Positions 47,596 to 59,495 of a stretch of DNA of 64,000 bases are shown here, piece after piece. The stretch is taken from positions 32,001-96,000 of the forward strand of contig CAXXHG010000047.1 of the NCBI GenBank assembly GCA_963666315.2, in the 5' to 3' direction. How positions within the stretch are numbered: position 1 is the stretch's first letter; each line of letters begins with the position of its first letter. Below the pieces are notes generated by a model, which worked only from the letters and a program-made list of their open reading frames with translations, did not search any database and was not told where the DNA came from. The position numbers and the translations under genes are program-made. This DNA is from Candidatus Binatia bacterium (lineage in GTDB: Bacteria; Desulfobacterota; Binatia; Bin18).

Positions 47596-50500
47596 ATGAC
47601 GTTCGATGAGGTGCTCGGGCGGGTGCAAGACCTGCTGCAACGAGAGAAACGGGTCTCCTACCGGGACTTAAAGCGGCGCTTTGCCCTCGATGACGAATGT
47701 CTGGAAGACCTGAAAGAAGAACTCATCGGCGCGAAGCGGCTCGCGGTCGATGAAGACGGCCGCTTTCTGGTCTGGACGGGCGGAGAGGATATTTTTACGG
47801 AAGCCTCAGCCTCGACTGCTGTCACTGCGCCCAGTGCTCCGCCTACAGCCACTCCCTCGGACCAATCGGTCCCCGCAGGCGAGCGCCGCCAGCTAACTGT
47901 CATGTTCTGTGACCTGGTGGGGTCTAAGGCCTTGTCCGAACAACTCGACCCCGAAGACCACCATGCTGTAGTGCGAGCCTACCAGGATGCCTGCCGTCAA
48001 GTCATTGAACGCTATGAGGGGCATATCGCCCAGTATCTCGGGGATGGCATCCTGGTGTACTTCGGCTACCCAGCGGCGCATGAAGACGATGCCATTCGCG
48101 GGGTCGAAGTGGGGCTGGACATCCTCGCCGCTTTACCAACGCTTGAGCTGGCTCAACCGATCCAAGCGCGCATTGGTCTCCACACCGGCCCGGTCGTCAT
48201 TGGCGCGGTGGGCGGCGGCGAGCATACCGAACAACTGGCCTTAGGGAGACGCCGAACATTGCGGCGCGAGTGCAAGGCAAAGCAGACCCCAACACGGTGG
48301 CCATCAGTGCCGCCACGCACCGACTCGTCCAAGGTTTCTTCGCGTGCGAGGACTTGGGCACGCAGGAGTTGAAGGGTCTGTCCGCTCCGCTCAGGCTCCA
48401 TCAAGTTACAGGCGAAGGGGAGGCGCAGAATCGGTTTGATGTGTCGATCCAGCAGGGCCTCACCCTACTCATCGGCAGAGAAGAAGAAGTGGAGCTGCTC
48501 TTGCGGAGGTGGGAGCGGGCCAAGGCCGGTGACGGGCAAGTGGTCTTGCTCAGCGCGGAGGCAGGTATTGGCAAGTCGCGGCTGGTGCAGGTGCTGCGCG
48601 ATCACAGTGACAACGAACCCCATCTGAGAATCCTGTGTCGCTGCTCGCCATTCTATCAGAACAGTGCGCTCTACCCGGTGATCGACCGTTTGCAGCGCGT
48701 TTTGCGACTCGGCAAAGACGACACCTCAGCCACAAAACTGGCCAAGCTCACGCAGTGGTTAGAACCTGTAGGGATGAATGACGAAGAGAAGACGGCGCTA
48801 TTTGCAGCTCTCCAGTCCATCCCGTTGCCCGACGATCATCCCCGGCTGCCCTACAGTTCCCAGAAGCAAAAAGAGAAGACCCTCCAGGTGCTTGTGACGT
48901 GGCTCCAGAAAACGGCAGAGCAGCAACCCGTCCGCCTGGAGATCGAAGACTTGCACTGGAGTGATCCTTCGACGTTGGAGTTCCTGGGCGTGCTGATGGA
49001 CCAGGTGCCCACTCGCGGATGCTCGTCCTGGTCACCTTCCGGCCCGAATTCACGCCGCCGTGGCCGGGCCAGGCGCATATGCTCTCACTCCAGCTCACCC
49101 GCCTGGCGCAACACCAGATCACCGCCATGGTCGAGCGGGTAGCGGGCAAAGCGTTGCCCGACGAAGTGGTGCAGCAACTGCTGGCTAATTCGGACGGCGT
49201 ACCGCTGTACATCGAGGAGATGACCAAGAATCTGTTGGAATCGGGGCTGCTGACTGAGACGGACGAGCAGTATGAGTTAACCGGCCCGCTGCCGGAAATG
49301 GCCATCTCGTCGTCCTTACAAGATTCTTTTGCCGCGCGCCTCGACCGCCGCGCGCCGGTCCGAGAGCTCGCCCAAATCGGCGCAGTGTTAGGTCGCGACT
49401 TTACCTACGACCTTATCCGCGCCATGTCCCAGATGGCGGACCCGAAGTTACAAGATGGCTTGGGGCAACTGAGTGCAGCGGAAATCCTGTTTCAACGCGG
49501 TGTCCCTCCTGACGCCAACTACACCTTCAAGCATGCGTTGTTGCAAGATGCCGCGTATGAGTCATTACTCAAGAGCCAGCCCAAGCAGTTTCATGCCCAG
49601 ACGGCAAAAGTATTAGAGCAGCAGCTTCCCGAGACAAAAGAGACCCATCCCGAACTGGTGGCCCATCATTACACTGAAGCCAGCCTTGCGGAACAGGCGA
49701 TTCCGTATTGGCAGCAAGCCGGTGAACGAGCCATGCAGCGGTCCGCGAACCAAGAAGCCATCGGCCACCTGACACAGGGGCTTGCGGTGCTCCAGACCCT
49801 GCCGGACACGCCCGAGCGCAGCCAGCGGGAACTCACGCTACAAATCACCCTCGGTGCACCACTGATCGCAACGAAAGGCTATGCCGCTGCGGAGGTCGGC
49901 GAAGTTTATCGGCGCGCACGTGAGCTGTGTGGCCAGCTTGGGGACAGTCCCCAGCTCTTCCCGGTGCTCAACGGACTGTGGGCGTTTTATTTTATTGGAG
50001 CGCAATTGCAGACGGCGCGGGAGCTAGCGGAACAGCTCCTGAGCCTGGCTTACGATGCACCAGACTCGGCCTTAGTGGAGACCCATTGGGCGCTCGGATG
50101 CACGTTGCATGTCCTCGGAGAGCTCCAGTCTTCCCGAACCCATCTGGAGCAGAGCCTCGCCCTGTACGACTTCGAGCAGCACCGCGCCCTGGCTCTTGTG
50201 TATGGACATGACCCAGCGATGAGTAGCCTTGCCTTGGGGTCCTTCGGGCTGTGGCTGCTGGGCTATCCGGACCAAGCCGTGCAAAGAAGTGACGAGGCGG
50301 TCGCGTTAGCCCGGAAATTGGCACACCCCTATAGCTTGTCGTTTACTTTGCACTGGGCTGCTTTCGACCATCTTGTCCGTGGGGAGGTGCAAGCAACCCA
50401 AGAGCGGGTGGAAGAGGTGCTGGCCCTCTCTCGTGAGCAGGAGTTTCCTCTCTTCTTGGCCATGGGGACTTGCTGTTGGGGGTGGGTACTGGCCGCGCGA

Positions 50501-50998
50501 GGACAGATGGATGCGGGGATGATACAGATCCCCCAGGGTCTATCCGCCCTTCAGGCCACGGGGACAGAACTGTTCCGGCCAGATTATCACAGTTTTCTGG
50601 CGGAGGCGCATCAAAAGGCAGGACAGACTGAAGCGGGACTGAGCGCGGCGGCCGAGGCTCTGACAGCAGCAGACAGAACGGGGGAGCGCTGGTACGAGGC
50701 AGAGCTGTATCGACTCAAAGGTGAACTGACCCTTAAAAAGTTACAAGTCGAAAGTCACAGGTCGCAGGTCGAAGAGGAAGCCGAAGAATGTTTTCAGCAG
50801 GCCATCGAAATTGCTCAAAAGCAAGAAGCGAAGTCCTGGGAACTCCGTGCCACTATGAGCTTGGCACGCCTCTGGCAGCAGCAGGGAAAAAAAGAAGAAG
50901 CCAACGACCTTCTTGCCCCAGTCTATGCCTGGTTCACCGAAGGGTTTGACACCAAAGATTTGCTGGAAGCGGAGACGTTACTGAAGGAGTTAGGCTAA
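47596..50998 (+). pseudogene. Class III adenylate/guanylate cyclase - AAA(STAND) ATPase - TPR protein with two frameshifts
   Basis: [16 protein letters not shown] and YLGDG in frame 1; SAEAGIGKSRL and EDLHWSD in frame 2; FKHALLQDAAY and AKSWELRA in frame 3. One-base losses at about 48244-48246 and about 49013. Confidence 0.88.
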
Positions 50999-51042
50999 AG
51001 CGAAGGGTCTCTCTGCCACGTTCGCTGCCTCATCGCCGACGG

Positions 51043-51203
51043 AGAGATTCTTCGCCGGAGTTTATCCTGAACTGAGTCGAAGGGGCTCAGAATGACAGGC
51101 TGATGTAAAACAATTATCAAGGGCTAATCCCGTAGGTCGAGTTAGCGAAGCGTAACCCGACCTCCCACTCAGAGTGAAAAAGCTGACGTAACGCAATTAT
51201 CAA
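51043..51203. repeat. REP cluster with flanking imperfect 22-bp direct repeats
   Basis: gagattcttcg...ctcagaatgac, then GTAG REP gtaggtcgagttagcgaagcgtaacccgacc, bracketed by gctgatgtaaaacaattatcaa (51099-51120) and gctgacgtaacgcaattatcaa (51182-51203). Confidence 0.65.
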
Positions 51204-51308
51204 AGAAGATTTGGTATGAGCAACATGAAGACAAGAATTTTTGGGTGCCTATTTCTGTTGCTTCCACTGGCACACTATGCCTCTGCCACAACAATTCCAT
51301 GAGCCGCC

Positions 51309-51668
51309 TTAGCGGTTTTTCTCTTCCCACTCCCTGAATTCGTCGACCACGCCACCTTGCCACATGGATACACCGGCCCGGTAGGCCGCGCGCGCAATCA
51401 TATGCGCGCCAACCGGAGCGGTGAGAAAGAGAAAGATCAGCACCAGACTTTCTTTAAGACCTGACGACAAACCCAAATAGCGCAGATACAGGAGCGCGGC
51501 GAGAACCAGCCCCGCGACGCCAAATGTGGTGCTTTTCGTCGTGGCGTGCATGCGGGCATACACGTCCTTGAGGCGTAATAGTCCGAAAGAACCGGTCAGA
51601 AGAAAAAATAAGCCGAGCAGTAATAAGAGACTAACGAGTACGTCGAGTATGTAGGGGACTTCCGTCAA
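51309..51668 (-). CDS. mrpG: Mrp Na+/H+ antiporter subunit G
   Basis: GLLRLKDVYARMHATTKSTTFG, FLTAPVGAHMIARAAY. Confidence 0.93.
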   Translation of the reverse strand: MTEVPYILDVLVSLLLLLGLFFLLTGSFGLLRLKDVYARMHATTKSTTFGVAGLVLAALLYLRYLGLSSGLKESLVLIFLFLTAPVGAHMIARAAYRAGVSMWQGGVVDEFREWEEKNR

Positions 51669-51933
51669 TGACTGTTCCTCCGAGTAAGTATTTGGCTGCT
51701 GCCACTGTCGCTAAGAACGACAGAATGGCAAGTACGAGGGCCACATCCATATAGAGCGCGCTCTGAGTGTGAATCGAAAAGACGATAATAGCTGCGACCA
51801 AATTGGTTGAGATATTATCCAAGGCAACCACCCGGTCGGGTATGGTCGGGCCGCGTAGGACTCGGTACGCACTCAGCAATACCGAGAGCGTAATGCCGCA
51901 CAAAACAACAAGTGATACAAAGGGAGTAATCAT
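51631..51933 (-). CDS. mrpF: Mrp antiporter subunit F
   Basis: RGPTIPDRVVALD, YMDVALVLAILSF. Confidence 0.93.
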   Translation of the reverse strand: MITPFVSLVVLCGITLSVLLSAYRVLRGPTIPDRVVALDNISTNLVAAIIVFSIHTQSALYMDVALVLAILSFLATVAAAKYLLGGTVIDGSPLHTRRTR

Positions 51934-52409
51934 TGGGCAATGCGTTGCAGATAGCGTTCAAAACCGTCTCTGATAAGACGTCGTTCTTCCTCGATATCCT
52001 CGACATTAAGGAAGTGAATGAAGAGAAACTTTCGATCCGGTGCGATTTCTACCGACAGCGTGCCCGGGGTGAGGGTGATCATATTCGCCAGCAGGGTAAT
52101 GAGAAAATCGTCCTTCAACTCAAGGGGATAGGCAATAATACCGGATTGAATCGTAAGCTTCGGGGCCAGGACCTGCTTGACGACTGTTATGTTGGCAATC
52201 AGCAATTCTTTGAAAAAGAACGCCGCCAGCTGGAAGCTTAAGCTGACCTGGTGCAGGTAACGACGCTCTTGATGAAAGGAGCGCGGAAAAAAGAGCATGG
52301 CTGCGGTCGCGACCAATGAGCCGATCAGGAACTGGCGTAGCGAGACCTCATTCTGCAACAGGCACCACACCAAGGCGAGAACGATATTGAGCAGAAGTCG
52401 AGTAGCCAT
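51930..52409 (-). CDS. mrpE: Mrp antiporter subunit E
   Basis: LLANMITLTPGTL, FIH. Confidence 0.93.
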   Translation of the reverse strand: MATRLLLNIVLALVWCLLQNEVSLRQFLIGSLVATAAMLFFPRSFHQERRYLHQVSLSFQLAAFFFKELLIANITVVKQVLAPKLTIQSGIIAYPLELKDDFLITLLANMITLTPGTLSVEIAPDRKFLFIHFLNVEDIEEERRLIRDGFERYLQRIAQ

Positions 52410-52414
52410 ATCTT

Positions 52415-53899
52415 TCAATAATCCAAGACCGCAGAGATATAGACCTGCGGATCATACACTTGTTGTGCTGCGGCTTCAGTCACGCTGTATAGGATGCCGG
52501 GAAACAAGCCAATAGCGACAATAAAAAAGACGAGCAATACTATGCCCGGAAACAAGGGTTGGAGCGCCACCGGGCGGCGCTCGCCCTTTTCTTCACCCCA
52601 AAAAATACCGTTCCAAATTTTGAGCATAGAGGCCAATGTCAGCAATCCACCCAGCAGACCAATGCCGACATAGCCGTAGCGGCCGGCCTCCATCCCGGCT
52701 TGCAGCACGATAAACTTGCTAAAGAAGCCGGCCAGAGGTGGCAAGCCGGCCAGGCTGAGTGCAGCCAGCAAGAACAACGCACTGAGAGTCCAGGAATGTG
52801 CCTGTAGACCGCCGACCTCCTTCAAATGGGTGCTGCCTGTCGCTTCCTGAACCACTCCGGCAATCAGGAATAATGCCGATTTGGCCATGACGTAGGGCAC
52901 CATATAGAAGAGCGCTCCAGCCAGGGCGTGGGGAGTAAGCAGGCCGATGCCGAGCATGAGATACCCGATCTGACTGATGATGTGGTAGGACAGAATGCGT
53001 TTCATATCCATTTGTGACAGGGCACCGAAAACGCCAATGAAAATAGTCAGGCCGGCCAGGACCAGTAAGAGTTCGTGGGTAAAGGAGGGCGCATGGCGAA
53101 AGAGCAGGGTGAATGTCCGGAAGATAGCATATACGCCGACCTTGGTCAGAATACCGCCGAAAAACGCGCTCAAGCCTGCCGACGGCTGAAAATACGGACC
53201 GGGCAGCCAAAAAAACAGCGGAAAGATGGCGGCTTTGGTACCAAAGACAAACAGAAACACCATGGCCAGGATGGTCAGCATGGGGTCCAATTCGCCTGAA
53301 GAATTTTGAATCTTGAACGCTAAATCGGCCATATTGAGGGTGCCCATAGTCCGGTAGAGTAGGGCCAGGCCGATAAGAAAAAATGTCGAGGCAACCAAAT
53401 TAATGACTAAATATTTAACAGTCTCACGGAGTTGGCCTGGTTCCGAGCCCAGCGCCAATAGGGCAAAGGAGGCAATGAGTAAGATCTCAAAGAACACAAA
53501 CAGATTGAACAAATCTCCAGTCAGAAACGCACCATTGACACCCATCAGCAGAATAAAAAACAGTGGGTAATAAAAGTGTTCCTGCCGTTCCTTCTCGACC
53601 GTGCGTACTGAGAACAGGATGACTGCGACCGCAACCGTCATGGTCAGGGCGACCATGACCATACTGAGGATATCGGCGACCAGGACGATGCCGTACGGTG
53701 CTGGCCAATTGCCCATGCGCAAGACCACGATCCCGTGCCGCAGCACATACAGTAGCCCTAAGACCGACAGCACCCATAGACCAGCACTGACGGCAAGGCT
53801 CAGCCCGCGCTGCAAGGTGTGCTGCTGACGAAAGGCAGCCAGGAATGCCGCTGTCAGAACGGGACCGATGATGAGGATGACGAAGAGATCCGGCAGCAT
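52415..53899 (-). CDS. mrpD: Mrp antiporter subunit D
   Basis: GNWPAPYGI, TGDLFNLFVFFEI, KAAIFPLFFWLP, LTKVGVY, GLPPLAGF. Confidence 0.95.
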   Translation of the reverse strand: MLPDLFVILIIGPVLTAAFLAAFRQQHTLQRGLSLAVSAGLWVLSVLGLLYVLRHGIVVLRMGNWPAPYGIVLVADILSMVMVALTMTVAVAVILFSVRTVEKERQEHFYYPLFFILLMGVNGAFLTGDLFNLFVFFEILLIASFALLALGSEPGQLRETVKYLVINLVASTFFLIGLALLYRTMGTLNMADLAFKIQNSSGELDPMLTILAMVFLFVFGTKAAIFPLFFWLPGPYFQPSAGLSAFFGGILTKVGVYAIFRTFTLLFRHAPSFTHELLLVLAGLTIFIGVFGALSQMDMKRILSYHIISQIGYLMLGIGLLTPHALAGALFYMVPYVMAKSALFLIAGVVQEATGSTHLKEVGGLQAHSWTLSALFLLAALSLAGLPPLAGFFSKFIVLQAGMEAGRYGYVGIGLLGGLLTLASMLKIWNGIFWGEEKGERRPVALQPLFPGIVLLVFFIVAIGLFPGILYSVTEAAAQQVYDPQVYISAVLDY

Positions 53900-53902
53900 G
53901 GA

Positions 53903-54235
53903 TTACTCTTCCCCTCCAGCTAACTCATCGACACCGTCCGACCCAAACACCTGTCTGGTGCGAAAGGCTAAGACCATGGCAAACGCGGTCATCCCGAAAC
54001 TGATAACAATCGCAGTTAAAACTAAGGCCTGGGGCAACGGGTCAGCGTATGGCGCGTCTGTCGTCAGCAGCGGCGGTCGGCCGCGCTTGAGGCCGCCTGA
54101 AACCATCAAGGCCAGGTTGGCGGCGTGTGAGTAGAGCGATAAGCCTACGATCACACGTAATAAGTGCCGTTGCAGGATTAAATACGTCCCACTTGCGAAC
54201 AGCACGCCAATAACACCGATGATGACAAATTCCAC
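53903..54235 (-). CDS. mrpC: Mrp antiporter subunit C
   Basis: DPLPQALVLTAIVISFG. Confidence 0.95.
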   Translation of the reverse strand: MEFVIIGVIGVLFASGTYLILQRHLLRVIVGLSLYSHAANLALMVSGGLKRGRPPLLTTDAPYADPLPQALVLTAIVISFGMTAFAMVLAFRTRQVFGSDGVDELAGGEE

Positions 54236-54238
54236 GCG

Positions 54239-56998
54239 CTAGTCCTCAGTAATTGTGCGAATAATGCCCAGCGTCGTCCCCAGTACGACGAGATACACGC
54301 CGATGTCGAATCCTATGGCGGTGACAATTTCGACCTCGCCTAAAAGCGGGAGTACAAAATGGCCGATTGCGCTGGTCAGAAAAGGGTGGCCGAAGGCCAA
54401 TGCGCCCAAACCGGTAAAGGCCGCCAGCAGCAGCCCTAAGACGACCATCCGCAACGGATTCCACGGCATTTCATGCACAACGGCTTCAAGGTTAAAGGCC
54501 ATCATCTGAAACGTGATAGCAGCCGCGGTGAGCACGCCGGCAATAAACCCACCGCCTGGTGCGTTATGGCCGCGCAGCAACAGATAAATAGCGAATACGA
54601 GCATGAGGTGCAGAGTCAGCCGCGCAAATGACTGCAGGATGGGGGAAGGAAACGAGACAAGAATCGCACCAAAGGGCCGCGCACCTTTTTCTCCGAGTCG
54701 CACCATGGCAAAGACGGCAAAGACAGCCACGCTGAAGACGGTAATCTCGCCCATGGTGTCAAAGCCACGAAAATCGACCAAGATGACATTCACCACATTC
54801 TGTCCGCCTGCCAGCGCATAGCTATTCGAGAGGTAGTAGGGCGCAATGAGCGAGGGTAGGGATGGACCCATATTGGCGGCACACAGCAGGAGGACAACCA
54901 GCAGGCCGGTCCCGACACTGATCCCAATATTCAACACCCGCGTGCCTAGTGGGGTTGGTCGCGGGTCGATCACAGAAAAATAGCGCAGCACTAGGAGAAA
55001 GAGCACTAAGCTAACTGCTTCGACCAAGATTTGGGTCAGCGCCACGTCTGGTGCGCTAAACAACACAAAGAAAATGGACATAAGAGCGCCGACTAGGCTG
55101 AGCGAGAGGACCAGGACAATGCGCGAATAGACGGTACAGCTCATAATCCCGGCGAAAGCCATGAGTGCGGCAAGGCCGATCTCATAGTATTCGGGCGGAA
55201 CTATGTCCAGTCGAAGTGCGGCAATATCGGTGAAATCGATGCCGTCGAAGAAGTGCCACAGTGGAACACTCAGCCCCATGATGAGTGCAATCAGGAGGTA
55301 GCGTGTATAGTCGGTGACGAGGCCGGTCATGTAGTGCGCGCGCGTCCACTTAAACACATAGCTCAACATATCCAGGCCGTCGTTATACAGACGATTGAAA
55401 GAATAAACCGCCTGACGGTCTCGAGCTGCAGAAAGAAAACGCTGCCGCAACAAAAAAGCCCCGGCGCCAATGCCGACCGTAAGCGCACTCAGGCCCAGCG
55501 CCGGGGTCAGGCCATGCCACACGGCCAAGTGGAGATGCGGGGGAGCGCCGTGAATGATGGTGAAGGCTGGCGTAATCAGGGCTTGTGCCAAACCGGGTAT
55601 AAGCCCAAACAAAACGGCAATCCCGCTGAGGATAAAGATCGGCAAGAGCAAACCCAACGGGGTTGCTCCGGTGTGGCGCTGAGCGTGTTGCTGAGACGCA
55701 GCGCCAGACTGGCCGAAGAAGGTGCCGTGAAAGAAAAGAAAGGAATACAAAAAGGTGAGGCAACTCGCCGCGACCGCCAGGACGGTCAACACTGTTCCCG
55801 CTTCAAGGACGCCCTCATAGAATAATTCCTTGCTGATAAAGCCTCCCAGGGGTGGCAGGCCGGCCATGGACACCGCTGCCAATGTTGCGGCGCCGGCCAC
55901 CAAGGGCATATGCATCCGGAGGCCGCCGAGCTGACGCAGGTCTCGTGTCCCGGTTTCGTGCTCGACTGTCCCCGCTGTCAAAAACAGGGCGCCTTTAAAA
56001 GCGGCATGGTTCACAATGTTGAGTACCGCCGCCAGCAGGGCAATCTCAGTCTGCAGACCGAGCAGCAGCACGATCAGTCCCAATTGACTGACGGTTGAAT
56101 AGGCAAGCAGAGCCTTGAGATCGACCTGTTTGCAGGCCAAAACTCCTCCCCAGGCAAGAGTCACTGCTCCTACACTGATGACGGTGGCAGACCAGACCGG
56201 ATCGTTCGCAAAAAGCGGGGTGAGTCGGGCAATGAGATACAGGCCGGCTTTGACCATAGTAGCCGCATGCAGATACGCGCTGACTGGAGTCGGGGCTTCC
56301 ATGGCGGAGGGCAGCCAAATATGGAAGGGAAACTGAGCTGATTTGGTGAACGCGCCGACCAGAAAACACAGTCCGGCTGCAGTGGAAATCGGAGCTGAAT
56401 CAGCCAGTAAGACGGACAGCTCAAGGGTCCCGTGTTCGGCATATACGAGGAAAACACCGAACATCATCACCAGGCCGCCACTCACCGTGATCCCGAAAGC
56501 CTTACTCGCCCCCTCGCAGGCGGCAGCTCGTTGAGAGCGAAAACCGATCAGCAGAAAAGAAGAGATGCTGGTTAATTCCCAGAAGACGATGAGGAGAATG
56601 AGGTTGTCGGCCAGAACAATGCCCATCATAGCGGCGTTGAACAAGAGCAAGAGCCTGTACAAGCGCGGCAGGGTGGGATCATCGTGCATATAGGCCGCAG
56701 CATAGGCGAATACGAGTACGCCTATGCCCGAAATCAAGCCGGCAAACAGCCAACTCAGACCATCCAAGGCCAGGCTCAGATTGAGTCCTAAGCCGGGTAG
56801 CCAAGGCCACGAGAGCAGCAGTCGATTGCCCTCTTGGACCGTCGTCCAAAGAGCTACGACAATGAGCAGTTGGAGTATCGGGACGAGCGTATAGACCGGA
56901 GCGATACGCTGACGTAGACGTGCCGGCAATGAAACGAGCGAGCCTAATAAGGGGAAGAGAATAAGGCTGACGAGTAGAAACCCAGACACTACACCCAC
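54239..56998 (-). CDS. mrpA: Mrp antiporter subunit A/B fusion (group 2 operon)
   Basis: [67 protein letters not shown], and MrpB part GHNAPGGGF. Confidence 0.95.
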   Translation of the reverse strand: MGVVSGFLLVSLILFPLLGSLVSLPARLRQRIAPVYTLVPILQLLIVVALWTTVQEGNRLLLSWPWLPGLGLNLSLALDGLSWLFAGLISGIGVLVFAYAAAYMHDDPTLPRLYRLLLLFNAAMMGIVLADNLILLIVFWELTSISSFLLIGFRSQRAAACEGASKAFGITVSGGLVMMFGVFLVYAEHGTLELSVLLADSAPISTAAGLCFLVGAFTKSAQFPFHIWLPSAMEAPTPVSAYLHAATMVKAGLYLIARLTPLFANDPVWSATVISVGAVTLAWGGVLACKQVDLKALLAYSTVSQLGLIVLLLGLQTEIALLAAVLNIVNHAAFKGALFLTAGTVEHETGTRDLRQLGGLRMHMPLVAGAATLAAVSMAGLPPLGGFISKELFYEGVLEAGTVLTVLAVAASCLTFLYSFLFFHGTFFGQSGAASQQHAQRHTGATPLGLLLPIFILSGIAVLFGLIPGLAQALITPAFTIIHGAPPHLHLAVWHGLTPALGLSALTVGIGAGAFLLRQRFLSAARDRQAVYSFNRLYNDGLDMLSYVFKWTRAHYMTGLVTDYTRYLLIALIMGLSVPLWHFFDGIDFTDIAALRLDIVPPEYYEIGLAALMAFAGIMSCTVYSRIVLVLSLSLVGALMSIFFVLFSAPDVALTQILVEAVSLVLFLLVLRYFSVIDPRPTPLGTRVLNIGISVGTGLLVVLLLCAANMGPSLPSLIAPYYLSNSYALAGGQNVVNVILVDFRGFDTMGEITVFSVAVFAVFAMVRLGEKGARPFGAILVSFPSPILQSFARLTLHLMLVFAIYLLLRGHNAPGGGFIAGVLTAAAITFQMMAFNLEAVVHEMPWNPLRMVVLGLLLAAFTGLGALAFGHPFLTSAIGHFVLPLLGEVEIVTAIGFDIGVYLVVLGTTLGIIRTITED

Positions 56999-57250
56999 AC
57001 CTTCATAAGTACGGATTGCAAAACGGACTTAGCAAGGGCATACGAGGCTCTTCACCTCGCGTAAACTGGAGGGCGAACATAGCTTGCCTCCTCTTGCGTG
57101 TCTAACCCGTCTGCACTAACCAAGCTGTTTGTCATGGGTATCCCATAGTTCATGGATTTTCACTCCTTATCGATTACATTGACAGCTCAAACTTTCACGC
57201 TGGTACCACAACCTTGGGCCGATTCTCTGCAGTAAACAGGAGGTATTGAA

Positions 57251-58096
57251 ATGACCGATCGAACACGCATCGCCAGCTACGGCGAAAACGAGAGCGTCCT
57301 CGTCGACGAAGTGAACGGAAGCAATGGGCTTTTCGTCGTGACGATGAACAATCCACACGAGTTCAACGTACTCACCAGTGGGTTTATGCGTGCGATTGCT
57401 GAAGCCTTTGACGAAATCACTGCCTTGCGCAATTCTGATCCTAATAACGATAAAGTACGCGCTGTGATATTGCGTGCCGAGGGCCGTGCGTTCACCGTTG
57501 GTCTCGATATCGGTAAGCTCGATGAGTATCTGGAAGCGGGCATCACTCCCGCCGGCGATCCGTTTCGGGCGATGTGGGAGTGCCCCTTTCCGATCATTGG
57601 TGCGATCAACGGCCCGGCGGTGACGGGTGGTTTCGAAATCGCATTATGTTGCGATGTCCTTCTTGCCTCAGAACGTGCGGTCTTTATGGACAATCACGCC
57701 AAATACGGCGTACACCCTGGACGTCGCATTTCGCAGCGACTTACCCAGGTCTGCGGTATGAACAACGCCAAGCTTGCAACAATGGCGGCATATCCGATCG
57801 ACGCCCAGCTCGCTTTCAACTGGGGGCTGGTGCAACGTGTATTCGCAACCAACGAAGAACTTGATCGCGAGAGCCTGAATATCGCGCGTCTCATGTCACA
57901 CAACCACCCGGTGATGGTGAAACGCTATAAGGACTTGCTCGAACGCGGGGCGCTCGACAGCTACCGGACCGGCTTGGCATTGGAAGAAAGTTCAGAGCAG
58001 ACCTACTACGGCGACCTCACCGACATGGCGGCGACACTCAAGGACGGAGCGAAAAAATTTCAGGCCATGGTTCGTTGGGTCGCTGAGCGCGATTAG
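57251..58096 (+). CDS. Enoyl-CoA hydratase/isomerase family
   Basis: GRAFTVGLD, IIGAINGPAVTGGFEIALCCD, FMDNHAKYG. AGGAGG RBS. Confidence 0.88.
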   Translation: MTDRTRIASYGENESVLVDEVNGSNGLFVVTMNNPHEFNVLTSGFMRAIAEAFDEITALRNSDPNNDKVRAVILRAEGRAFTVGLDIGKLDEYLEAGITPAGDPFRAMWECPFPIIGAINGPAVTGGFEIALCCDVLLASERAVFMDNHAKYGVHPGRRISQRLTQVCGMNNAKLATMAAYPIDAQLAFNWGLVQRVFATNEELDRESLNIARLMSHNHPVMVKRYKDLLERGALDSYRTGLALEESSEQTYYGDLTDMAATLKDGAKKFQAMVRWVAERD

Positions 58097-58135
58097 TGGA
58101 ATCTGACGTCGAATGGATTGGGTTCTGACTGTCAT

Positions 58136-59002
58136 TTATTGAACACTGAGCATCCACTGCACTGACTTTTTGATAATTTCTGGAAATTGTTTCTTATCAA
58201 TCTTTCCCCATCTACCATGTCCAGGAAAACCCATTCTACATCTTGAAAACTTCCATCTTTTGAACGGATTCTATTTGTCTTTCCCATGAATACCAACACG
58301 CATTCCTAAATGAACCAAATCGATTGAGATTTGAAACCCAGGCAAAGTGATCTCCTGTAAACAAATACTTTGCGTCCCAGAGTAATACGAAATGTCCAAG
58401 CGTATGCCCTGGTGTGAAATGGATTTCACCCAATTCAATCCGATGAGCCTCCTCGCCTTTAAGAATCACCTCTGCATCTTTCTGAACATCCGAGTCTCGT
58501 TCATGAATAATTCTCTTTGCACCGAAGTGTTGGGCATACGGCTGGGCATCGCAAGCATCATCCCTATGCGTCAAAAAAATATATTGAATCCCTCCCATCT
58601 CCTCAAAACTTTTGACCAGTGCCGAGACAAAGCGTGGAGAATCAATTAACCAATTTCCTGAATGAGATTGGATGAAGTAGCTATGAGCGCCATAGGAATT
58701 TCGGTGATTAAAACCATTGATGTACACATTTTTTGCCATCAGCATGGGAAAGGAATTTCTCGCCGAGGTTAAGTCTTTTTTTCTCCCATGCCAATTGAAG
58801 CCGTAGGACAAGCCAGCAGCGCTTGTTTTGCAGCGAACTCATCTTTTGCATTTTGAGGCTGTTTCTTGACAAAGGCATGAGTCCCGCTGTCTCCAAAGAT
58901 CTCAGGAGCATAATGTCGACTCACTCCGCAATTAATGCAGGAGGTATCCACAAAAAAAATTCCTTCCACATTTTCTGATAGAGCTTTCTTGAGATTTGCC
59001 AT
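58136..59002 (-). pseudogene. Low-GC ferredoxin + metallo-beta-lactamase-fold protein with three -1 frameshifts
   Basis: FVDTSCINCGVSR...ALLACPTASIG / LIDSPRF...FLTHRDD...FTPGHT...LFTGDH / DVEWVFPGHGR. Breaks at 58776-58782, 58243-58244 and 58224-58225. Confidence 0.85.
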
Positions 59003-59108
59003 TTCTACCTCGGCGGAGTCTTTTTTTAATTTTGCTACCGTCTATGGTTTTCAGCTATGTCACAGAATTCTCATCATACTGCTAATCCATCTAAAAAGGG
59101 ACATTGGA

Positions 59109-59487
59109 CTAGGCGTAATCATTTCTCTCTTCCGGCGCCTCGGTAAGATATTCGACCAGCTCCCACTCAAAGCCGGCTGCATCATAATAATAGACGCGTT
59201 TGCGATGGGGGTGCGGTTCGACAGGAATACCTTTCTGATATCCTTTCTGTTCTAATCGCTCCGTGACCAGGTCAAAATCTTCAACCACCCAAGCCAGATG
59301 GGTTACGCCGTAGTCTTTGTACGGGCGATGGTCTGATTGCGCGTTTGCGCCCAGGTGAGGCTCCTGCAGGGCGATATAAAACTGATCTGAACCAATATGG
59401 GCCCAGCGGTAACTGCCCGGCGGCGTTTCGTCATGCCGCACCCTAAAAGTCGGCTCGACCGTTGTGAGAAAAGCAATCGCTGCTATA
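59109..59487 (-). pseudogene. VOC family protein lacking its N-terminus
   Basis: AAIAFL...RWAHIG...YIALQEP...GVTHLAWVVEDF...HPHRKRVYYYDAAGFEWELVEY; no start or RBS, abuts the divergent gene. Confidence 0.7.
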
Positions 59488-59495
59488 GTTTGCCC

